This document shows, one piece after another, positions 50,582 to 62,114 of a DNA stretch of 64,000 bases. The stretch's first letter is position 1. Every line of letters begins with the position of its first letter. A program made the translations under genes and the position numbers. The notes below the pieces were generated by a model. That model ran no database searches and was not told the origin of the DNA. It worked only from the letters and a program-made list of their open reading frames with translations. Origin of the DNA: an uncultured candidatus Porisulfidus sp. Lineage in GTDB: Bacteria > Pseudomonadota > Gammaproteobacteria > Poriferisulfidales > Oxydemutatoraceae. The stretch is from positions 90,619 to 154,618 of the forward strand of contig OZ241323.1 in NCBI GenBank assembly GCA_965199685.1. The letters run 5' to 3'.

Positions 50582-51613
50582 TCAATTTTCTGAAAATAAA
50601 AGTTGATGATTCCGCTCAGGCGGATCCACTCGCCCGGTTTCAAGTGCAGTTGCTATGTGTTGAATAATCGGACTTGGTCTAGATAAATCCTCATTCTTAG
50701 CTAGAAAATACGTATGGCCTGCGGGATCATCAAAAGTATTATTGAAGTCATCGCAATCAACAGCGTAGACATTTTTAGGTACTTTATTCATATCCTCTGG
50801 TCCTGTCATGCCTAAGCGACGAGACAGACCAGAACGGACAATATTCGCTATCTTGCTTGCCGGCATTGCATAATCATCGTTTGCATAATAAACCACAACA
50901 TTTCGTGCAGCTTGGGGAATATATCGCCCTTTTTCTCTTTTTTCTAATGTTTCATTTACAACGTCCGCGGCTACCATAAATATATTTCGGAATAGCTGGG
51001 GCATTTGCCTTGACGAGGAAATACCACCTGCCCAATATCTGAGTGCCTCTCGTAACACACGGTTTCCCATAGAATGAGCCAAAACATTAATGCGTTTATA
51101 ACACTTTTCGTCTTGCTTATGACGCCAGGTATCAAATTTACCAAGCATTCGAGCAAATGCTTCCGCACTTATATTGGCAGTACTTCGGTCATCGTAGTAA
51201 TCATTTAGTTTAGCAAAAGTACCATCGTCGTCACATGGCCAAATCAATGGTATAACGCGAACATAATCTTCACCTAAATCTGCATTTCTATCAAGCAGTT
51301 TCTGAAGGTCTATAGCTTTTTGGAAAGCACCATCCTCCATACGATTATTAAATCCATGAATAAAAAGTAGGATTTGTTTACAGTCTCTGTCTTTACTTAG
51401 TTTTGTGAAAAAACTATCGTTCCCTATTTCTATATAATCATCCTGAGATTTTCGTTCACAAAAAAACATGTGCTGACTGGCCGTAATGTTTTGTGGATTA
51501 AAGCTAACATTTCTACCAATTGCTGTGTTTTCGCCTTCGTTAGGCATCCGATTAGTAGCAAATAACATATTACCTCCTAAAAATTTCCAAAATTGTTTTC
51601 TAACATTCAGCAT
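50582..51613 (-). CDS. Alpha/beta hydrolase, DUF900 family
   Basis: LLFIHGFNNRMED and nucleophile elbow AHSMGN, as in DUF900 (PF05990) hydrolases. Confidence 0.65.
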   Translation of the reverse strand: MLNVRKQFWKFLGGNMLFATNRMPNEGENTAIGRNVSFNPQNITASQHMFFCERKSQDDYIEIGNDSFFTKLSKDRDCKQILLFIHGFNNRMEDGAFQKAIDLQKLLDRNADLGEDYVRVIPLIWPCDDDGTFAKLNDYYDDRSTANISAEAFARMLGKFDTWRHKQDEKCYKRINVLAHSMGNRVLREALRYWAGGISSSRQMPQLFRNIFMVAADVVNETLEKREKGRYIPQAARNVVVYYANDDYAMPASKIANIVRSGLSRRLGMTGPEDMNKVPKNVYAVDCDDFNNTFDDPAGHTYFLAKNEDLSRPSPIIQHIATALETGRVDPPERNHQLLFSEN

Positions 51614-52110
51614 ACCCTCTTGTTATTCTTTAATTCAAATTGAGGATAATTAACTAAGTAGCTTACACATCTAAAAAGCAAAGTCAACCCCCTTAAGTGT
51701 ATTTGCGCAGTCAATAGTATGAAAACTAACTTTGTAGTTGGTAATAATAATGGGGTAACGTCACCTTGTGCACGCAACTCCTGATAGATGCGCGGTGAAC
51801 CATAGTCCTTGCCACTGGCTTCCCACACCTACCTAATCAGCAGGCATTCCCAGTGCTCCTGAGCAACCTTGTCAGCCACTTGACTACGCCATTTGGGACT
51901 GTTGAAAAAGTGTTTGCATTGGTACATTCCCCTCCTGTGGAGGGGTGGCAGGCGAAGCCTGACGGGGTGGTTGTGGTGGTTCTGCACTAGACAATTACCC
52001 TCTACGATGCATGATGGTACTTTTTCAACAGTCCCATTTGTAGTAGCCACTACGGCTCACTCCAAGCAGCTTACAAGTCGCATCTATACTCAAGCCTTTA
52101 TTACGATACT
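51607..52110 (-). pseudogene. IS3 type-A OrfB N-terminal fragment disrupted by a MITE
   Basis: ..KWRSQVADKVAQE..VWEASGK.YGSPRIYQELRAQG matches OrfB. 141-bp MITE at 51895..52035 sits inside it. Confidence 0.6.
51895..52035. mobile_element. 141-bp MITE insertion with 5-bp target-site duplication ATTTG
   Basis: Uninterrupted paralogous sequence at ~47570 reads GACTACGCCATTTGTAGTAGCC. Here GACTACGCCATTTG[GGACTGTTGAAAAAGT..ACTTTTTCAACAGTCCC]ATTTGTAGTAGCC. Confidence 0.8.
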
Positions 52111-52189
52111 GTTCTAAAATGTCTATTTTTCGTTGTCATTACTAGTTATTTTACCGAATCTTGGTCACTTAACTAGTCAAGTGCCTAAT

Positions 52190-52570
52190 ACAATATGGGG
52201 CTGTTGAAAAAGTATCATCTCTGCACAAATTGAACCACTGTGTGCCATCGAATTTACGAAAACGGTAGGGGCAAGTAGAGCCGCCGATTGAGCCAGTAGG
52301 TCAATCGGCAATTTGATTTATCCGCCCTAACGCGTTGTATCTACAAAAATAAAGTCGTAAGCCATCCAATTTATGGGAACCAAAACCAAGTGGCGCAGGC
52401 GGTTCTGTTCGTGCAAAGCGGTACTTTAGGGCAGACATACGAGTCCGCCCCTACAGGGGGTTCATGTAAAGATGGTGGATGTGCAAAAAACCACCCCGTC
52501 AGGCTGCGCCTGCCACCCCTCCGAAGAAGGGGAATGGTCCGCCCCTACAGGCGGTTCTAATTTTCAAAAG
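52190..52570. repeat. Cluster of MITE/REP-like elements
   Basis: GGGGCTGTTGAAAAAGT at 52197. CGCCGATTGAGCCAGTAGGTCAATCGGC. Hairpin CCCCTCCGAAGAAGGGG at ~52515. Confidence 0.6.
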
Positions 52571-52614
52571 CTCCCCAAATTTATCAGGATTGGCAAAAAA
52601 ATCAGGGTTTTTCC

Positions 52615-52643
52615 TTGCACATTTGCGCATTTCCTATTATAAT
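52615..52643 (+). promoter_or_regulatory. Sigma70 promoter of the str operon (TTGCAC-17 bp-TATAAT) with upstream A/T tract
   Basis: TTGCAC at 52615..52620, 17-bp spacer, TATAAT at 52638..52643, ~90 nt upstream of rpsL. Confidence 0.6.
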
Positions 52644-52734
52644 TCCTTATCCTTCCCCTAAAGGCTCATTCCGCCGATAAGGCGGGTAGGATTATTTACG
52701 CTTGTATATTGCTGAAAAGGAGTATTTTAATTAC

Positions 52735-53109
52735 ATGACAACGATTAACCAATTAGTACGCAAACCAAGGAAACCTAAGGTTGCGAAAAGCAATGTGGTG
52801 GCATTGGAGAGATGTCCTCAAAAGCGTGGCGTTTGCACTCGTGTTTATACCACCACACCCAAGAAGCCTAATTCGGCATTGCGCAAGGTTGCGCGTGTTC
52901 GCTTGACAAACGGCTATGAGGTGACGACCTATATAGGTGGTGAAGGGCACAACCTGCAAGAGCACTCAGTTGTGTTAATACGCGGCGGGCGAGTAAAAGA
53001 TTTGCCGGGAGTGCGCTACCATACGATTCGTGGTAGCTTGGATACTCAAGGTGTGGAAGGAAGAAAAAAAGGTCGTTCCAAATATGGAACCAAACGTGCC
53101 AAAGCGTAA
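52735..53109 (+). CDS. rpsL: 30S ribosomal protein S12
   Basis: [32 protein letters not shown].. ORF track starts 11 codons upstream; canonical S12 start is at 52735. Confidence 0.95.
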   Translation: MTTINQLVRKPRKPKVAKSNVVALERCPQKRGVCTRVYTTTPKKPNSALRKVARVRLTNGYEVTTYIGGEGHNLQEHSVVLIRGGRVKDLPGVRYHTIRGSLDTQGVEGRKKGRSKYGTKRAKA

Positions 53110-53124
53110 TAGGAGAATAGAGAC

Positions 53125-53592
53125 ATGCCACGCCGCCGTGAAATACAGCCTAGGGAGATATTAGTAGATCCCAAATACCACGACCAGACCCTAGCCAAGT
53201 TCATCAACTTAGTGATGCAGCGAGGCAAAAAATCCGTTGCCGAAGGCATCGTTTATGGTGCATTAAACAAAATCGATAAAAAACCCGATAAAGCACTAGA
53301 TATATTCAAGAAGGCTTTGGATGCCGCCAAGCCTCGTGTAGAAGTTAAATCCCGTAGAGTAGGCGGAGCAAACTATCAGGTGCCTGTAGAAGTGCGTCCG
53401 GTAAGGCAGCAAACCTTAGCGATGCGCTGGATTATAGATGCGGCGAGCAAGCGCAAAGCAGACTCTATGGTCAACAAGCTCGCGGCAGAGATACGAGACG
53501 CTGCAGACAATCGCGGTGGTGCCGTCAAAAAACGTGAAGATACGATGAAGATGGCAGAAGCGAACAAAGCCTTTTCACATTACAGGTGGTAA
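53125..53592 (+). CDS. rpsG: 30S ribosomal protein S7
   Basis: [18 protein letters not shown].. Confidence 0.95.
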   Translation: MPRRREIQPREILVDPKYHDQTLAKFINLVMQRGKKSVAEGIVYGALNKIDKKPDKALDIFKKALDAAKPRVEVKSRRVGGANYQVPVEVRPVRQQTLAMRWIIDAASKRKADSMVNKLAAEIRDAADNRGGAVKKREDTMKMAEANKAFSHYRW

Positions 53593-53596
53593 AAAG

Positions 53597-55687
53597 ATGC
53601 CTCGTAAGACACCTTTGCAACGTTATCGCAACATCGGCATCATGGCACATATAGATGCCGGCAAGACGACGACAACCGAAAGAATTTTATTCTACACTGG
53701 CATCTCGCACAAAATGGGCGAGGTGCACGAAGGCTCGGCGGTTATGGACTGGATGGAGCAGGAACAGGAACGCGGAATCACCATTACCTCAGCAGCAACC
53801 ACATGCTTTTGGCAAGGCATGGACCAGCAGTTTGACGAACATCGCATCAACATCATAGACACCCCTGGTCATGTTGACTTCACCATAGAGGTGGAACGTT
53901 CTTTGCGCGTATTGGACGGTGCCGTTGCGGTGTTTTGTGCGGTCGGCGGTGTCGAGCCACAATCGGAGACGGTGTGGCGGCAAGCCAATCGCTATAAAGT
54001 TCCGCGCATCGCATTCGTCAACAAGATGGATAGGGCAGGTGCCGATTTCTTCAGAGTTGTATCTCAGATAAAGGATCGTCTGGGAGCAAAAGCAATACCG
54101 CTACAAGTCCCGATAGGAAGTGAGGACAAGTTTGAAGGTGTCATAGATTTAATCACCCAAACCGCAATACGCTGGAACAGCGAAGATAAAGGTGTCACCT
54201 ATCAAGCGAGCGACATCCCTGACGATATGAAGGAGCAATGTGAAACCTTGCGTCATCAATTAATTGAGAGTGCTGGCGAAGCTAGCGAAGAGCTGATGGA
54301 GAAATATCTGGAAAGCGAACTGCAAGTGGACGATATACGCAAAGGTATACGCATTCGTACCCTCGCCAACGAGATCGTGCCGGTATTGTGTGGAACCGCA
54401 TTTAAGAATAAGGGTGTGCAAGCACTGCTCGATGCATCGATTTATTATCTGCCGTCGCCATCGGAGGTGCCCGATATCGTCGGTTTGTGCGAAGACGGCA
54501 AGGAACCGCCGCGCCGTAAAGCATCCGACGACGAACCATTTTCGGCTTTGGCTTTCAAAGTTGCCACCGACCCGTATGTCGGCGTATTGACCTTTTTCCG
54601 TGTCTATTCCGGAGTGTTGAATTCCGGCGACAGTATTATGAATGCTTCAACCGACAAAAAAGAACGTGCTGGAAGATTGTTGCAAATGCATTCTAATTCT
54701 CGTGAAGAGATCAAAGAAGTGAGGGCAGGAGATATTGCTGCAGGTGTCGGTTTCAAAGGTGTGGTCACTGGTCATACTCTATGCGACGGCAATAACCCGA
54801 TTGCGCTGGAGAGTATGAATTTTCCGGAACCAGTCATCGCAGTGGCAGTAGAACCGAAGACCAAAGTAGACCAAGAAAAAATGGGTTTGGCTTTGCAGAA
54901 ATTATCTACCGAAGACCCGTCCTTTAAGGTCAAGACCGACGAGGAGTCGGGTCAAACGATTATTTCGGGAATGGGTGAGTTGCATCTAGAGATCATTGTA
55001 GATCGTTTGCGCCGTGAGTTTAATGTTGATGCAAACGTAGGTGAACCGCAGGTTGCATATCGCGAAACCGCGCTTCAAATGATTCAGCAAGAAGGCAAGT
55101 ATATCAAGCAAACCGGCGGACGAGGGCAATACGGGCATGTTTGGTTGAAGATAGAGCCGGCTGAGGCGGGTAGCGGCTACACCTTCGTCAATGAAATAGT
55201 AGGCGGTGTTGTGCCTAAGGAATATATCCCAGCGGTTGATAAAGGTATTCAAGAGCAGATGCAAAATGGCGTGATTGCCGGGTATCCGGTGGTTGATGTT
55301 AAAGTGACCTTATACGACGGTTCGTATCACGATGTGGATTCGTCGGAAATTGCGTTTAAGACCGCAGCCTCGCGTTGTTTTAGAGAAGGATTTAACAACG
55401 CCTCACCAGTACTACTCGAACCTATGATGAAAGTGGAAGTCGTAACCCCAGAGGATTATATGGGTGATGTCGTGGGTGATTTGAATAGGCGTCGCGGCAT
55501 CATAGAGGCTATGGAAGAGGGTGTATTGGGTAAGACGATACGCGCCGAAGTGCCGCTTAAGGAGATGTTTGGTTACGCAACCGATTTACGTTCGGCTACG
55601 CAAGGTCGGGCAACGTATACTATGGAGTTTCTGAAGTATACACAAGTGCCGAACAACGTAGCCGATGATATTATTAAGAAACAATAA
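53597..55687 (+). CDS. fusA: Elongation factor G
   Basis: [15 protein letters not shown].. G-domain through domain V. 696 aa. Confidence 0.97.
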   Translation: MPRKTPLQRYRNIGIMAHIDAGKTTTTERILFYTGISHKMGEVHEGSAVMDWMEQEQERGITITSAATTCFWQGMDQQFDEHRINIIDTPGHVDFTIEVERSLRVLDGAVAVFCAVGGVEPQSETVWRQANRYKVPRIAFVNKMDRAGADFFRVVSQIKDRLGAKAIPLQVPIGSEDKFEGVIDLITQTAIRWNSEDKGVTYQASDIPDDMKEQCETLRHQLIESAGEASEELMEKYLESELQVDDIRKGIRIRTLANEIVPVLCGTAFKNKGVQALLDASIYYLPSPSEVPDIVGLCEDGKEPPRRKASDDEPFSALAFKVATDPYVGVLTFFRVYSGVLNSGDSIMNASTDKKERAGRLLQMHSNSREEIKEVRAGDIAAGVGFKGVVTGHTLCDGNNPIALESMNFPEPVIAVAVEPKTKVDQEKMGLALQKLSTEDPSFKVKTDEESGQTIISGMGELHLEIIVDRLRREFNVDANVGEPQVAYRETALQMIQQEGKYIKQTGGRGQYGHVWLKIEPAEAGSGYTFVNEIVGGVVPKEYIPAVDKGIQEQMQNGVIAGYPVVDVKVTLYDGSYHDVDSSEIAFKTAASRCFREGFNNASPVLLEPMMKVEVVTPEDYMGDVVGDLNRRRGIIEAMEEGVLGKTIRAEVPLKEMFGYATDLRSATQGRATYTMEFLKYTQVPNNVADDIIKKQ

Positions 55688-55701
55688 ACCATAGGAATAA
55701 C

Positions 55702-56895
55702 ATGTCTAAAGAAAAATTTGAAAGAACGAAACCGCATGTCAATGTGGGAACCATAGGACACGTAGATCACGGCAAGACGACACTGACGGCAGCGATGACC
55801 AAGGTGATGTCGGATCAGCGAGGAGCTGGTGAGTATCGCTCGTATGAACAGATAGACAATGCACCAGAGGAGCGAGAGCGAGGGATAACGATAGCAACAG
55901 CCCATGTGGAGTATGAATCCGACGCCCGGCACTATGCGCATGTAGATTGTCCAGGTCACGCCGACTATATCAAGAACATGATAACCGGTGCGGCACAGAT
56001 GGATGGTGCGATATTGGTGGTGAGTGCAGCCGATGGTCCGATGCCACAGACCCGAGAGCATATTTTGTTGGCGCGCCAAGTGGGAGTGCCGCATATCGTC
56101 GTGTATTTGAACAAAGCGGACATGGTGGACGATAAGGAGTTGATGGAGTTGGTCGAGATGGAAGTGCGCGAGTTGTTGTCTAACTACGAGTTTCCGGGAG
56201 ACGATATACCGATAGTGACGGGTTCGGCACTGAAAGCGTTGGAAGGGGACAGCTCGGAGATGGGTGTGTCGTCTATAGAGCAGTTGATTGCCGAGATGGA
56301 TCAGTATATCCCGGAGCCGGAGCGGGCGATAGACGGAGACTATCTGATGCCGGTGGAAGATGTATTTTCAATATCGGGTCGTGGCACGGTGGTGACCGGT
56401 CGTATAGAGCGAGGGATAGTGAAGGTAGGAGACGAGATAGAGATCGTAGGAATAAGAGACACCAGCAAGACGACCTGCACGGGCGTAGAGATGTTCAGAA
56501 AGCTGTTGGACGAAGGTCGTGCTGGAGACAATGTCGGTGTGTTATTGCGTGGGACGAAGCGAGAGGAAGTAGAGCGAGGTCAGGTGTTGTGCAAGCCGAG
56601 GTCAATCACACCGCACAAGAAGTTTGAAGCTGAGGTGTATATATTGTCAAAAGAGGAAGGCGGTCGGCACACGCCATTTTTCAAAGGCTACAGACCGCAG
56701 TTTTATTTTCGGACGACGGATGTGACTGGCGCGGTAGAGTTGGAGTCTGGTGTAGAGATGGTGATGCCGGGTGATAATGTAAAGATGGTGGTGAGTTTGA
56801 TCGGACCTATTGCGATGGAAGAAGGTTTGCGTTTTGCGATTAGGGAAGGTGGTCGCACGGTAGGCGCAGGCGTGGTAGCTAAAATCATAGAATAA
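55702..56895 (+). CDS. tuf: Elongation factor Tu
   Basis: [29 protein letters not shown].. 397 aa. Confidence 0.97.
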   Translation: MSKEKFERTKPHVNVGTIGHVDHGKTTLTAAMTKVMSDQRGAGEYRSYEQIDNAPEERERGITIATAHVEYESDARHYAHVDCPGHADYIKNMITGAAQMDGAILVVSAADGPMPQTREHILLARQVGVPHIVVYLNKADMVDDKELMELVEMEVRELLSNYEFPGDDIPIVTGSALKALEGDSSEMGVSSIEQLIAEMDQYIPEPERAIDGDYLMPVEDVFSISGRGTVVTGRIERGIVKVGDEIEIVGIRDTSKTTCTGVEMFRKLLDEGRAGDNVGVLLRGTKREEVERGQVLCKPRSITPHKKFEAEVYILSKEEGGRHTPFFKGYRPQFYFRTTDVTGAVELESGVEMVMPGDNVKMVVSLIGPIAMEEGLRFAIREGGRTVGAGVVAKIIE

Positions 56896-56921
56896 AAAAG
56901 TACTACACAGAGGATCAGAAA

Positions 56922-57251
56922 ATGGCTAAGCAAATGTTAGAAACGGGCAGCAAAATAAGAATTAGATTAAAAGCCTTTGACCATCGTTTGCTTGATAAAT
57001 CCGCAAGTGAGATTGCCGAAGCCGTTAAACGTACCGGTGCAAGCATTAAAGGCCCTATTCCGCTACCGACCAAGATAGAACACTTCACGGTATTGATCTC
57101 GCCTCATGTAGACAAAGATGCTCGCGATCAATACGAGATTAGAACCCATAAACGCATTATGGATATCGTCAATTCGACCGAAAAGACGGTAGATGCACTA
57201 ATGAATTTGGATTTAGCCGCAGGCGTAGACGTACAGATAAAGTTGAATTGA
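56922..57251 (+). CDS. rpsJ: 30S ribosomal protein S10
   Basis: [32 protein letters not shown].. Ends with TGA, confirming TGA is a stop codon here. Confidence 0.9.
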   Translation: MAKQMLETGSKIRIRLKAFDHRLLDKSASEIAEAVKRTGASIKGPIPLPTKIEHFTVLISPHVDKDARDQYEIRTHKRIMDIVNSTEKTVDALMNLDLAAGVDVQIKLN

Positions 57252-57263
57252 CGGAACGGGGCA

Positions 57264-58118
57264 ATGGCAATAGGTGTAATCGGACAAAAAGAAGGAATGA
57301 GTAGGCTCTTTAAGGAAGAGGGCACCTCAATACCATGCACGATTATCCGCGTCATTCCTAATCGCATAGCCCAAGTTAAGACAACTGAGAAAGACGGTTA
57401 TAGTGCGATGCAGTTGGTCGGTGGTGACAACAAAAAAGCATCTCGGATTACGCGTCCGATGAAAGGACATTTTAGGAAAACAAGCGTACTGGCAGGTAAA
57501 GAAATACACGAATTTCGTACTGCCGACAGCGAAGTCAAAAAGGTCGGCGGACAAATCGGTGTGGAAATATTCAGCGAAGGACAGAAAGTACGAGTCACGG
57601 GAATCAGCAAAGGTAAAGGGTTTGCCGGCACCATCAAACGGCATAACTTTCGCGGCCAAGACAATAGCCACGGCAACTCGTTATCTCACCGAGTCATGGG
57701 TTCGGTAGGGCAATGCCAGTTTCCAGGGCGAGTGTTCAAAGGCAAGAAAATGCCCGGGCAAATGGGTAATGAACGTGTGACCGTCAAAAATTTGGAAATC
57801 GTCAAAGTAGATGAAGAACGACAATTATTATGGATTAAGGGCGCAGTACCCGGTAGTCGCAATAACACGGTATTGATACGACATTTATCCGACATAGACA
57901 TACAAGCCGTATCTCCCGATATAGAACCACAACAATCCGACCAAACAACACCAACATCCGAACCAGCCACCGAAATAAAACAAGAAGCACAACCTGAACC
58001 AGCCCCCGAAGCAAAACAAGAAGCACAACCTGAGCAGGTATCGGATACAACTCAAAAACCTGACCCCGAATCCAAACAAGCGCAACCACCGAAAGAAGGA
58101 AACAAAGATGGAGCTTAA
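57264..58118 (+). CDS. rplC: 50S ribosomal protein L3 with ~70-aa Pro/Gln/Glu-rich C-terminal extension
   Basis: [16 protein letters not shown].. core of ~210 aa, then ..[52 protein letters not shown]. Overlaps the rplD start by 11 nt. Confidence 0.9.
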   Translation: MAIGVIGQKEGMSRLFKEEGTSIPCTIIRVIPNRIAQVKTTEKDGYSAMQLVGGDNKKASRITRPMKGHFRKTSVLAGKEIHEFRTADSEVKKVGGQIGVEIFSEGQKVRVTGISKGKGFAGTIKRHNFRGQDNSHGNSLSHRVMGSVGQCQFPGRVFKGKKMPGQMGNERVTVKNLEIVKVDEERQLLWIKGAVPGSRNNTVLIRHLSDIDIQAVSPDIEPQQSDQTTPTSEPATEIKQEAQPEPAPEAKQEAQPEQVSDTTQKPDPESKQAQPPKEGNKDGA

Positions 58119-58710
58119 ACAAGCAGACGGTGGCACTATGTCGGTTGATGCAGGTGTCTTTGATTGTAAATACAATGCCGCCCTGATACATCAGGCAGCG
58201 GTAGCATTTCAAGCACGCGCCCGAAGCGGCACCAAAGCTCAGAAAAACCGTTCCAGAGTTGCAGGTGGAGGAAGCAAGCCATGGCGTCAAAAGGGTATGG
58301 GGCGTGCGCGTGCCGGAACCATAAGAAGCCCGTTATGGCGAGGTGGCGGTCGTACTTTCGCTTCCCAACCGCGTAGCTTTAATCAAAAATTGAATAAAAA
58401 GATGCACCGTGGCGCGCTAAAGTCTTTGCTATCCGAACTCAATCGCTCAAACCGCTTAATCGTCGTAGACGAATTGACGATAGAAAAGCCCAAAACCAAG
58501 CTATTGGTAGAGAAACTAAAGGCGATGTCTCTCACTTCGGTTTTAATCGTGTTGGCGGAAGCCGACGAGACGCTCTTTATGGCAAGTAGCAATATCCCAT
58601 GGGTGGGTGTATTGCTGGCGCACGAAATAGACCCGGTGAATTTGATGCGCTTTGATAAGGTTTTGATGACCAAGCAAGCGATCGAAAAAATACAGGAAAA
58701 CCTGCGATGA
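58108..58710 (+). CDS. rplD: 50S ribosomal protein L4
   Basis: ..[27 protein letters not shown].. Confidence 0.95.
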   Translation: MELKQADGGTMSVDAGVFDCKYNAALIHQAAVAFQARARSGTKAQKNRSRVAGGGSKPWRQKGMGRARAGTIRSPLWRGGGRTFASQPRSFNQKLNKKMHRGALKSLLSELNRSNRLIVVDELTIEKPKTKLLVEKLKAMSLTSVLIVLAEADETLFMASSNIPWVGVLLAHEIDPVNLMRFDKVLMTKQAIEKIQENLR

Positions 58711-59015
58711 AAGATTTATTGCCGATAGAGAAAACCGCTCGCGTATTAATCCGCCCGCATATTTCTGAAAAATCAACCCGGGTGATGCAGTCTAATCAGC
58801 ACACATTCAGGGTGGCACCCAAAGCCACCAAGCATGCGATTAAAAAGGCAATCGAGTCGCATTACGAAGTCAAGGTTGAGAGAGTGCGTGTGGTGAATGT
58901 CAAGGGCAAGCGTAAAGGAAGGATTAAAGGCAAACTCGGACGTTGCAAGGACTGGAAAAAAGCCTATGTCACCCTGGCTGAAGGTTCCACTATCGTTGTC
59001 ACGGGGAATGAATAG
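58707..59015 (+). CDS. rplW: 50S ribosomal protein L23
   Basis: Position and sequence (..[12 protein letters not shown]..). Confidence 0.9.
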   Translation: MKDLLPIEKTARVLIRPHISEKSTRVMQSNQHTFRVAPKATKHAIKKAIESHYEVKVERVRVVNVKGKRKGRIKGKLGRCKDWKKAYVTLAEGSTIVVTGNE

Positions 59016-59026
59016 GGGAACGAATA

Positions 59027-59857
59027 ATGGCACTAAATAAATACAGACCGACATCGCCAGGCACTCGCTTCAGGGTGTCGACCAAACGCAACGATTTACA
59101 CAAAGGCAACCCGCACGGACCCTTGGTGCAAGGCAAAAGAACCAGCAGCGGGCGCGGTTCCAATGGCAGAATCACGGTGAGGCATATCGGCGGTGGACAT
59201 AAACGTCGTTATCGCCATATTGACTTTAAGCGCGACAAAGATGGAATTCAGTGTCGTGTAGAGCGTATAGAATATGACCCAAACCGGAGCGCAAACATCG
59301 CTTTGGTGTTATATGCCGACGGCGAACGACGCTACATTATTGCCCCTGAGAATGTTGCACCTGGGGATAAACTCATGTCGGGCAGCGATGCGCCTATCAA
59401 ACGAGGCAACGCACTTTCACTCAAAGATATTCCAGTTGGCACAACCGTACATTGTGTAGAGATGAAGCCCAAGAAGGGTGCCCAGCTTGCACGAGCGGCA
59501 GGCACCTCGTTGCAATATGTGGCGCGGGAAGGCAACTATGCGATGTTGCGACTGGTGTCGGGAGAAATGCGTCGCATAGAATTAGAATGTCGTGCGACGA
59601 TAGGCATAGTTTCTAATAACGAACACGGTTTAAGAAAACTGGGCAAAGCCGGTGCTAAGAGATGGCGAGGCGTGAGACCTACAGTGAGAGGTGTGGCAAT
59701 GAATCCTATAGACCATCCGCACGGTGGTGGTGAGGGCAAAACTTCCGGTGGCCGTCATCCGGTAAGTCCGTGGGGAATGCCGACCAAAGGTTTTAGAACC
59801 AGAAAGAATAGAAGCACCGATAAATACATCGTGCGTCGTCGTAGCAATAGAAGATAA
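59027..59857 (+). CDS. rplB: 50S ribosomal protein L2
   Basis: ..[36 protein letters not shown].. Confidence 0.97.
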   Translation: MALNKYRPTSPGTRFRVSTKRNDLHKGNPHGPLVQGKRTSSGRGSNGRITVRHIGGGHKRRYRHIDFKRDKDGIQCRVERIEYDPNRSANIALVLYADGERRYIIAPENVAPGDKLMSGSDAPIKRGNALSLKDIPVGTTVHCVEMKPKKGAQLARAAGTSLQYVAREGNYAMLRLVSGEMRRIELECRATIGIVSNNEHGLRKLGKAGAKRWRGVRPTVRGVAMNPIDHPHGGGEGKTSGGRHPVSPWGMPTKGFRTRKNRSTDKYIVRRRSNRR

Positions 59858-59870
59858 GGAGATTAAGAAT

Positions 59871-60143
59871 ATGCCACGTTCTATAAAAAAAGGCCCTTTT
59901 GTTGATGACCATTTGATGAAAAAGGTGAAGAGAGCAGCCGAAGCCAGAGACAAACGCCCGATTAAGACATGGTCTAGGCGGTCTATGGTAGTACCGGAAA
60001 TGGTCGGCTTGAATATAGCAGTACATAACGGACGTGCGCATGTGCCAATTTATATCTCTGAACATATGGTTGGTCATAAACTGGGTGAGTTTGCTCCGAC
60101 GCGCACCTTCAAGGAACATTCGGGCGATCGCAAGGCTCGTTAA
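59871..60143 (+). CDS. rpsS: 30S ribosomal protein S19
   Basis: [15 protein letters not shown].. Confidence 0.95.
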   Translation: MPRSIKKGPFVDDHLMKKVKRAAEARDKRPIKTWSRRSMVVPEMVGLNIAVHNGRAHVPIYISEHMVGHKLGEFAPTRTFKEHSGDRKAR

Positions 60144-60151
60144 GGACAAGT

Positions 60152-60487
60152 ATGATGGAAATCTCGGCAACATTGAAAAGATGCAGAATATCGCCACAAA
60201 AATGCCGGTTGGTTGCAAATCAACTACGCGGGTTGTCGGTTGAAAGCGCGCTTGAAAACTTACGATTTAGCCGCACTAAGTCGGCGGGTTTAGTCCTGAA
60301 ACTGTTAGAATCGGCAGTTGCAAATGCCGAGAACAATGAAGGTGCCGATATAGACGAACTCAAAGTTCGCAAGATACAGGTTGATCAAGGGGCAACGCTA
60401 AACCGCTTTAGAGCACGCGCCAGAGGCCGTGCCTCTGCGATTAAAAAGAGAACGAGTCATATTAGTATTACATTGAGTGATGAATAA
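60152..60487 (+). CDS. rplV: 50S ribosomal protein L22
   Basis: Sequence and position. Confidence 0.92.
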   Translation: MMEISATLKRCRISPQKCRLVANQLRGLSVESALENLRFSRTKSAGLVLKLLESAVANAENNEGADIDELKVRKIQVDQGATLNRFRARARGRASAIKKRTSHISITLSDE

Positions 60488-60501
60488 GGAATTATAGTTT
60501 T

Positions 60502-61170
60502 ATGGGACAGAAAGTACATCCCACTGGTTTTAGAGTGGGCATCGTGATGGATTGGGAATCAAAATGGTTGGTTCCCCGCAACGAGTATTGCGAAACCTTA
60601 CATAGCGATATAAAAATACGTAGCTATTTGCTGAAAAAACTGGCGCATGCTTCGGTGAGCCGTGTGACGATAGAGCGCACTGATAAGGCTGTGTATATTG
60701 CCATACACACTGCGCGTCCGGGTATTGTGATCGGTAAAAAAGGCGGGGATATAGAGGCTTTACGCCATGAGATTGCTGCAATCAACGGTACATCAGTTAA
60801 TAATGTGCAGATTAGCATACAAGAAATACGTAAGCCGGAAACCGACGCGATGTTGGTTGCCTCCGGCATTGCACTGCAATTGGAACGACGTATCATGTTT
60901 CGTCGTGCGATGAAACGTGCGGTGCAAAACACGATGCGTTTGGGTGCTCTAGGCATTAAGATTTGCGTGTCGGGACGGTTAAACGGTGCAGAAATCGCTC
61001 GCTCCGAATGGGCCAAGGACGGACGCACACCTCTGCACACTCTTGATGCCAATATAGACTACGGACTTGCCGAAGCCAAAACCACATACGGGATTATAGG
61101 TGTGAAGGTCTGGATCTATAAGGGTAATTTTAGCGATCAAAAAGATAAGGAGATAGGCGTAGTTGGTTGA
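60502..61170 (+). CDS. rpsC: 30S ribosomal protein S3
   Basis: [14 protein letters not shown].. KH domain. Confidence 0.95.
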   Translation: MGQKVHPTGFRVGIVMDWESKWLVPRNEYCETLHSDIKIRSYLLKKLAHASVSRVTIERTDKAVYIAIHTARPGIVIGKKGGDIEALRHEIAAINGTSVNNVQISIQEIRKPETDAMLVASGIALQLERRIMFRRAMKRAVQNTMRLGALGIKICVSGRLNGAEIARSEWAKDGRTPLHTLDANIDYGLAEAKTTYGIIGVKVWIYKGNFSDQKDKEIGVVG

Positions 61171-61192
61171 CCAATCAAAGCCATAAAGAAAG

Positions 61193-61606
61193 ATGTTACA
61201 ACCGAATAAAACCAAATACAGAAAACAGCAAAAAGGTCGAAACAGAGGCTTAGCAATCAACGGCAACAAAGTCAGCTTTGGTGAGTTTGGGCTCAAAGCA
61301 ACCACCAGAGGACGCATCACATCGCGGCAAATAGAAGCTGCACGTCGAGCGATGACTCGCTATGTAAAACGTAGAGGCAAGATTTGGATTCGTATATTTC
61401 CCGATAAACCGATTACCAAAAAGCCTTTAGAAGTAAGACAAGGTAAAGGCAAAGGAAATGTTGAATATTGGGTGGCACTCATCAAGCCCGGCAAGATGCT
61501 CTATGAAATAGAAGGTGTTCCCGAGGATATTGCACGCGAGGCATTTAAGCTGGCAGGATCCAAGTTGCCTGTGAAAACCACTTTTATCAGTCGGGTGATT
61601 ATGTGA
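61193..61606 (+). CDS. rplP: 50S ribosomal protein L16
   Basis: [19 protein letters not shown].. Confidence 0.95.
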   Translation: MLQPNKTKYRKQQKGRNRGLAINGNKVSFGEFGLKATTRGRITSRQIEAARRAMTRYVKRRGKIWIRIFPDKPITKKPLEVRQGKGKGNVEYWVALIKPGKMLYEIEGVPEDIAREAFKLAGSKLPVKTTFISRVIM

Positions 61607-61803
61607 TGAAATACTCTAAATTACTCAACAAGACTCCGGAAGATTTGCAAGTAGATTTAAGAGAACTGGTAGAGAAAAAGCTCAAGTTAGAGCTACAAGG
61701 GCGCGACCGTAATAGTGCCCAATGCAGTCGCTTCAAGAGTTATAGGCGCGATATTGCGCGTATCAAAACATTGCTAAGGCAAAAAGAGAGGGAGCAGTCG
61801 TGA
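61603..61803 (+). CDS. rpmC: 50S ribosomal protein L29
   Basis: Position between rplP and rpsQ. GTG (61603) or ATG (61606) start overlapping the rplP stop. Confidence 0.85.
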   Translation: MMKYSKLLNKTPEDLQVDLRELVEKKLKLELQGRDRNSAQCSRFKSYRRDIARIKTLLRQKEREQS

Positions 61804-62114
61804 GTAGCGAACAGAAAAAAGAACATTTTATAACTTGCAACATCGTCAAAAAAAGTTCCGATAAGACGGTGATCGTGATGATCGAACGCCAGTTGCGCCA
61901 TCCGACCTACGGAAAATACATTACCCGATCCAGTAAATTACATGTACACGACGAAGCCAACGAAGGACAGGTCGGGGATTTGGTTAAAATTATCGCATGC
62001 CCGCGTAAATCTAAAACGAAGGCGTGGCGTCTCGTAGAGGTTCTGCAACCTAGTTCCAGCGACAGCGACACTACTGAGGCATTACCGGAGCAAGGTGCGG
62101 AGGCTGAAGCATGA
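61800..62114 (+). CDS. rpsQ: 30S ribosomal protein S17 (with ~20-aa acidic C-terminal tail)
   Basis: ..[27 protein letters not shown].. Confidence 0.9.
   Translation: MSSEQKKEHFITCNIVKKSSDKTVIVMIERQLRHPTYGKYITRSSKLHVHDEANEGQVGDLVKIIACPRKSKTKAWRLVEVLQPSSSDSDTTEALPEQGAEAEA

Noticed and set aside
775-52570. CRISPR array hypothesis for the dense short repeats
   Set aside because: Units are not evenly spaced and are mosaic. They lack unique spacers of constant length and occur in both orientations across the whole window. They behave as MITE/REP elements.
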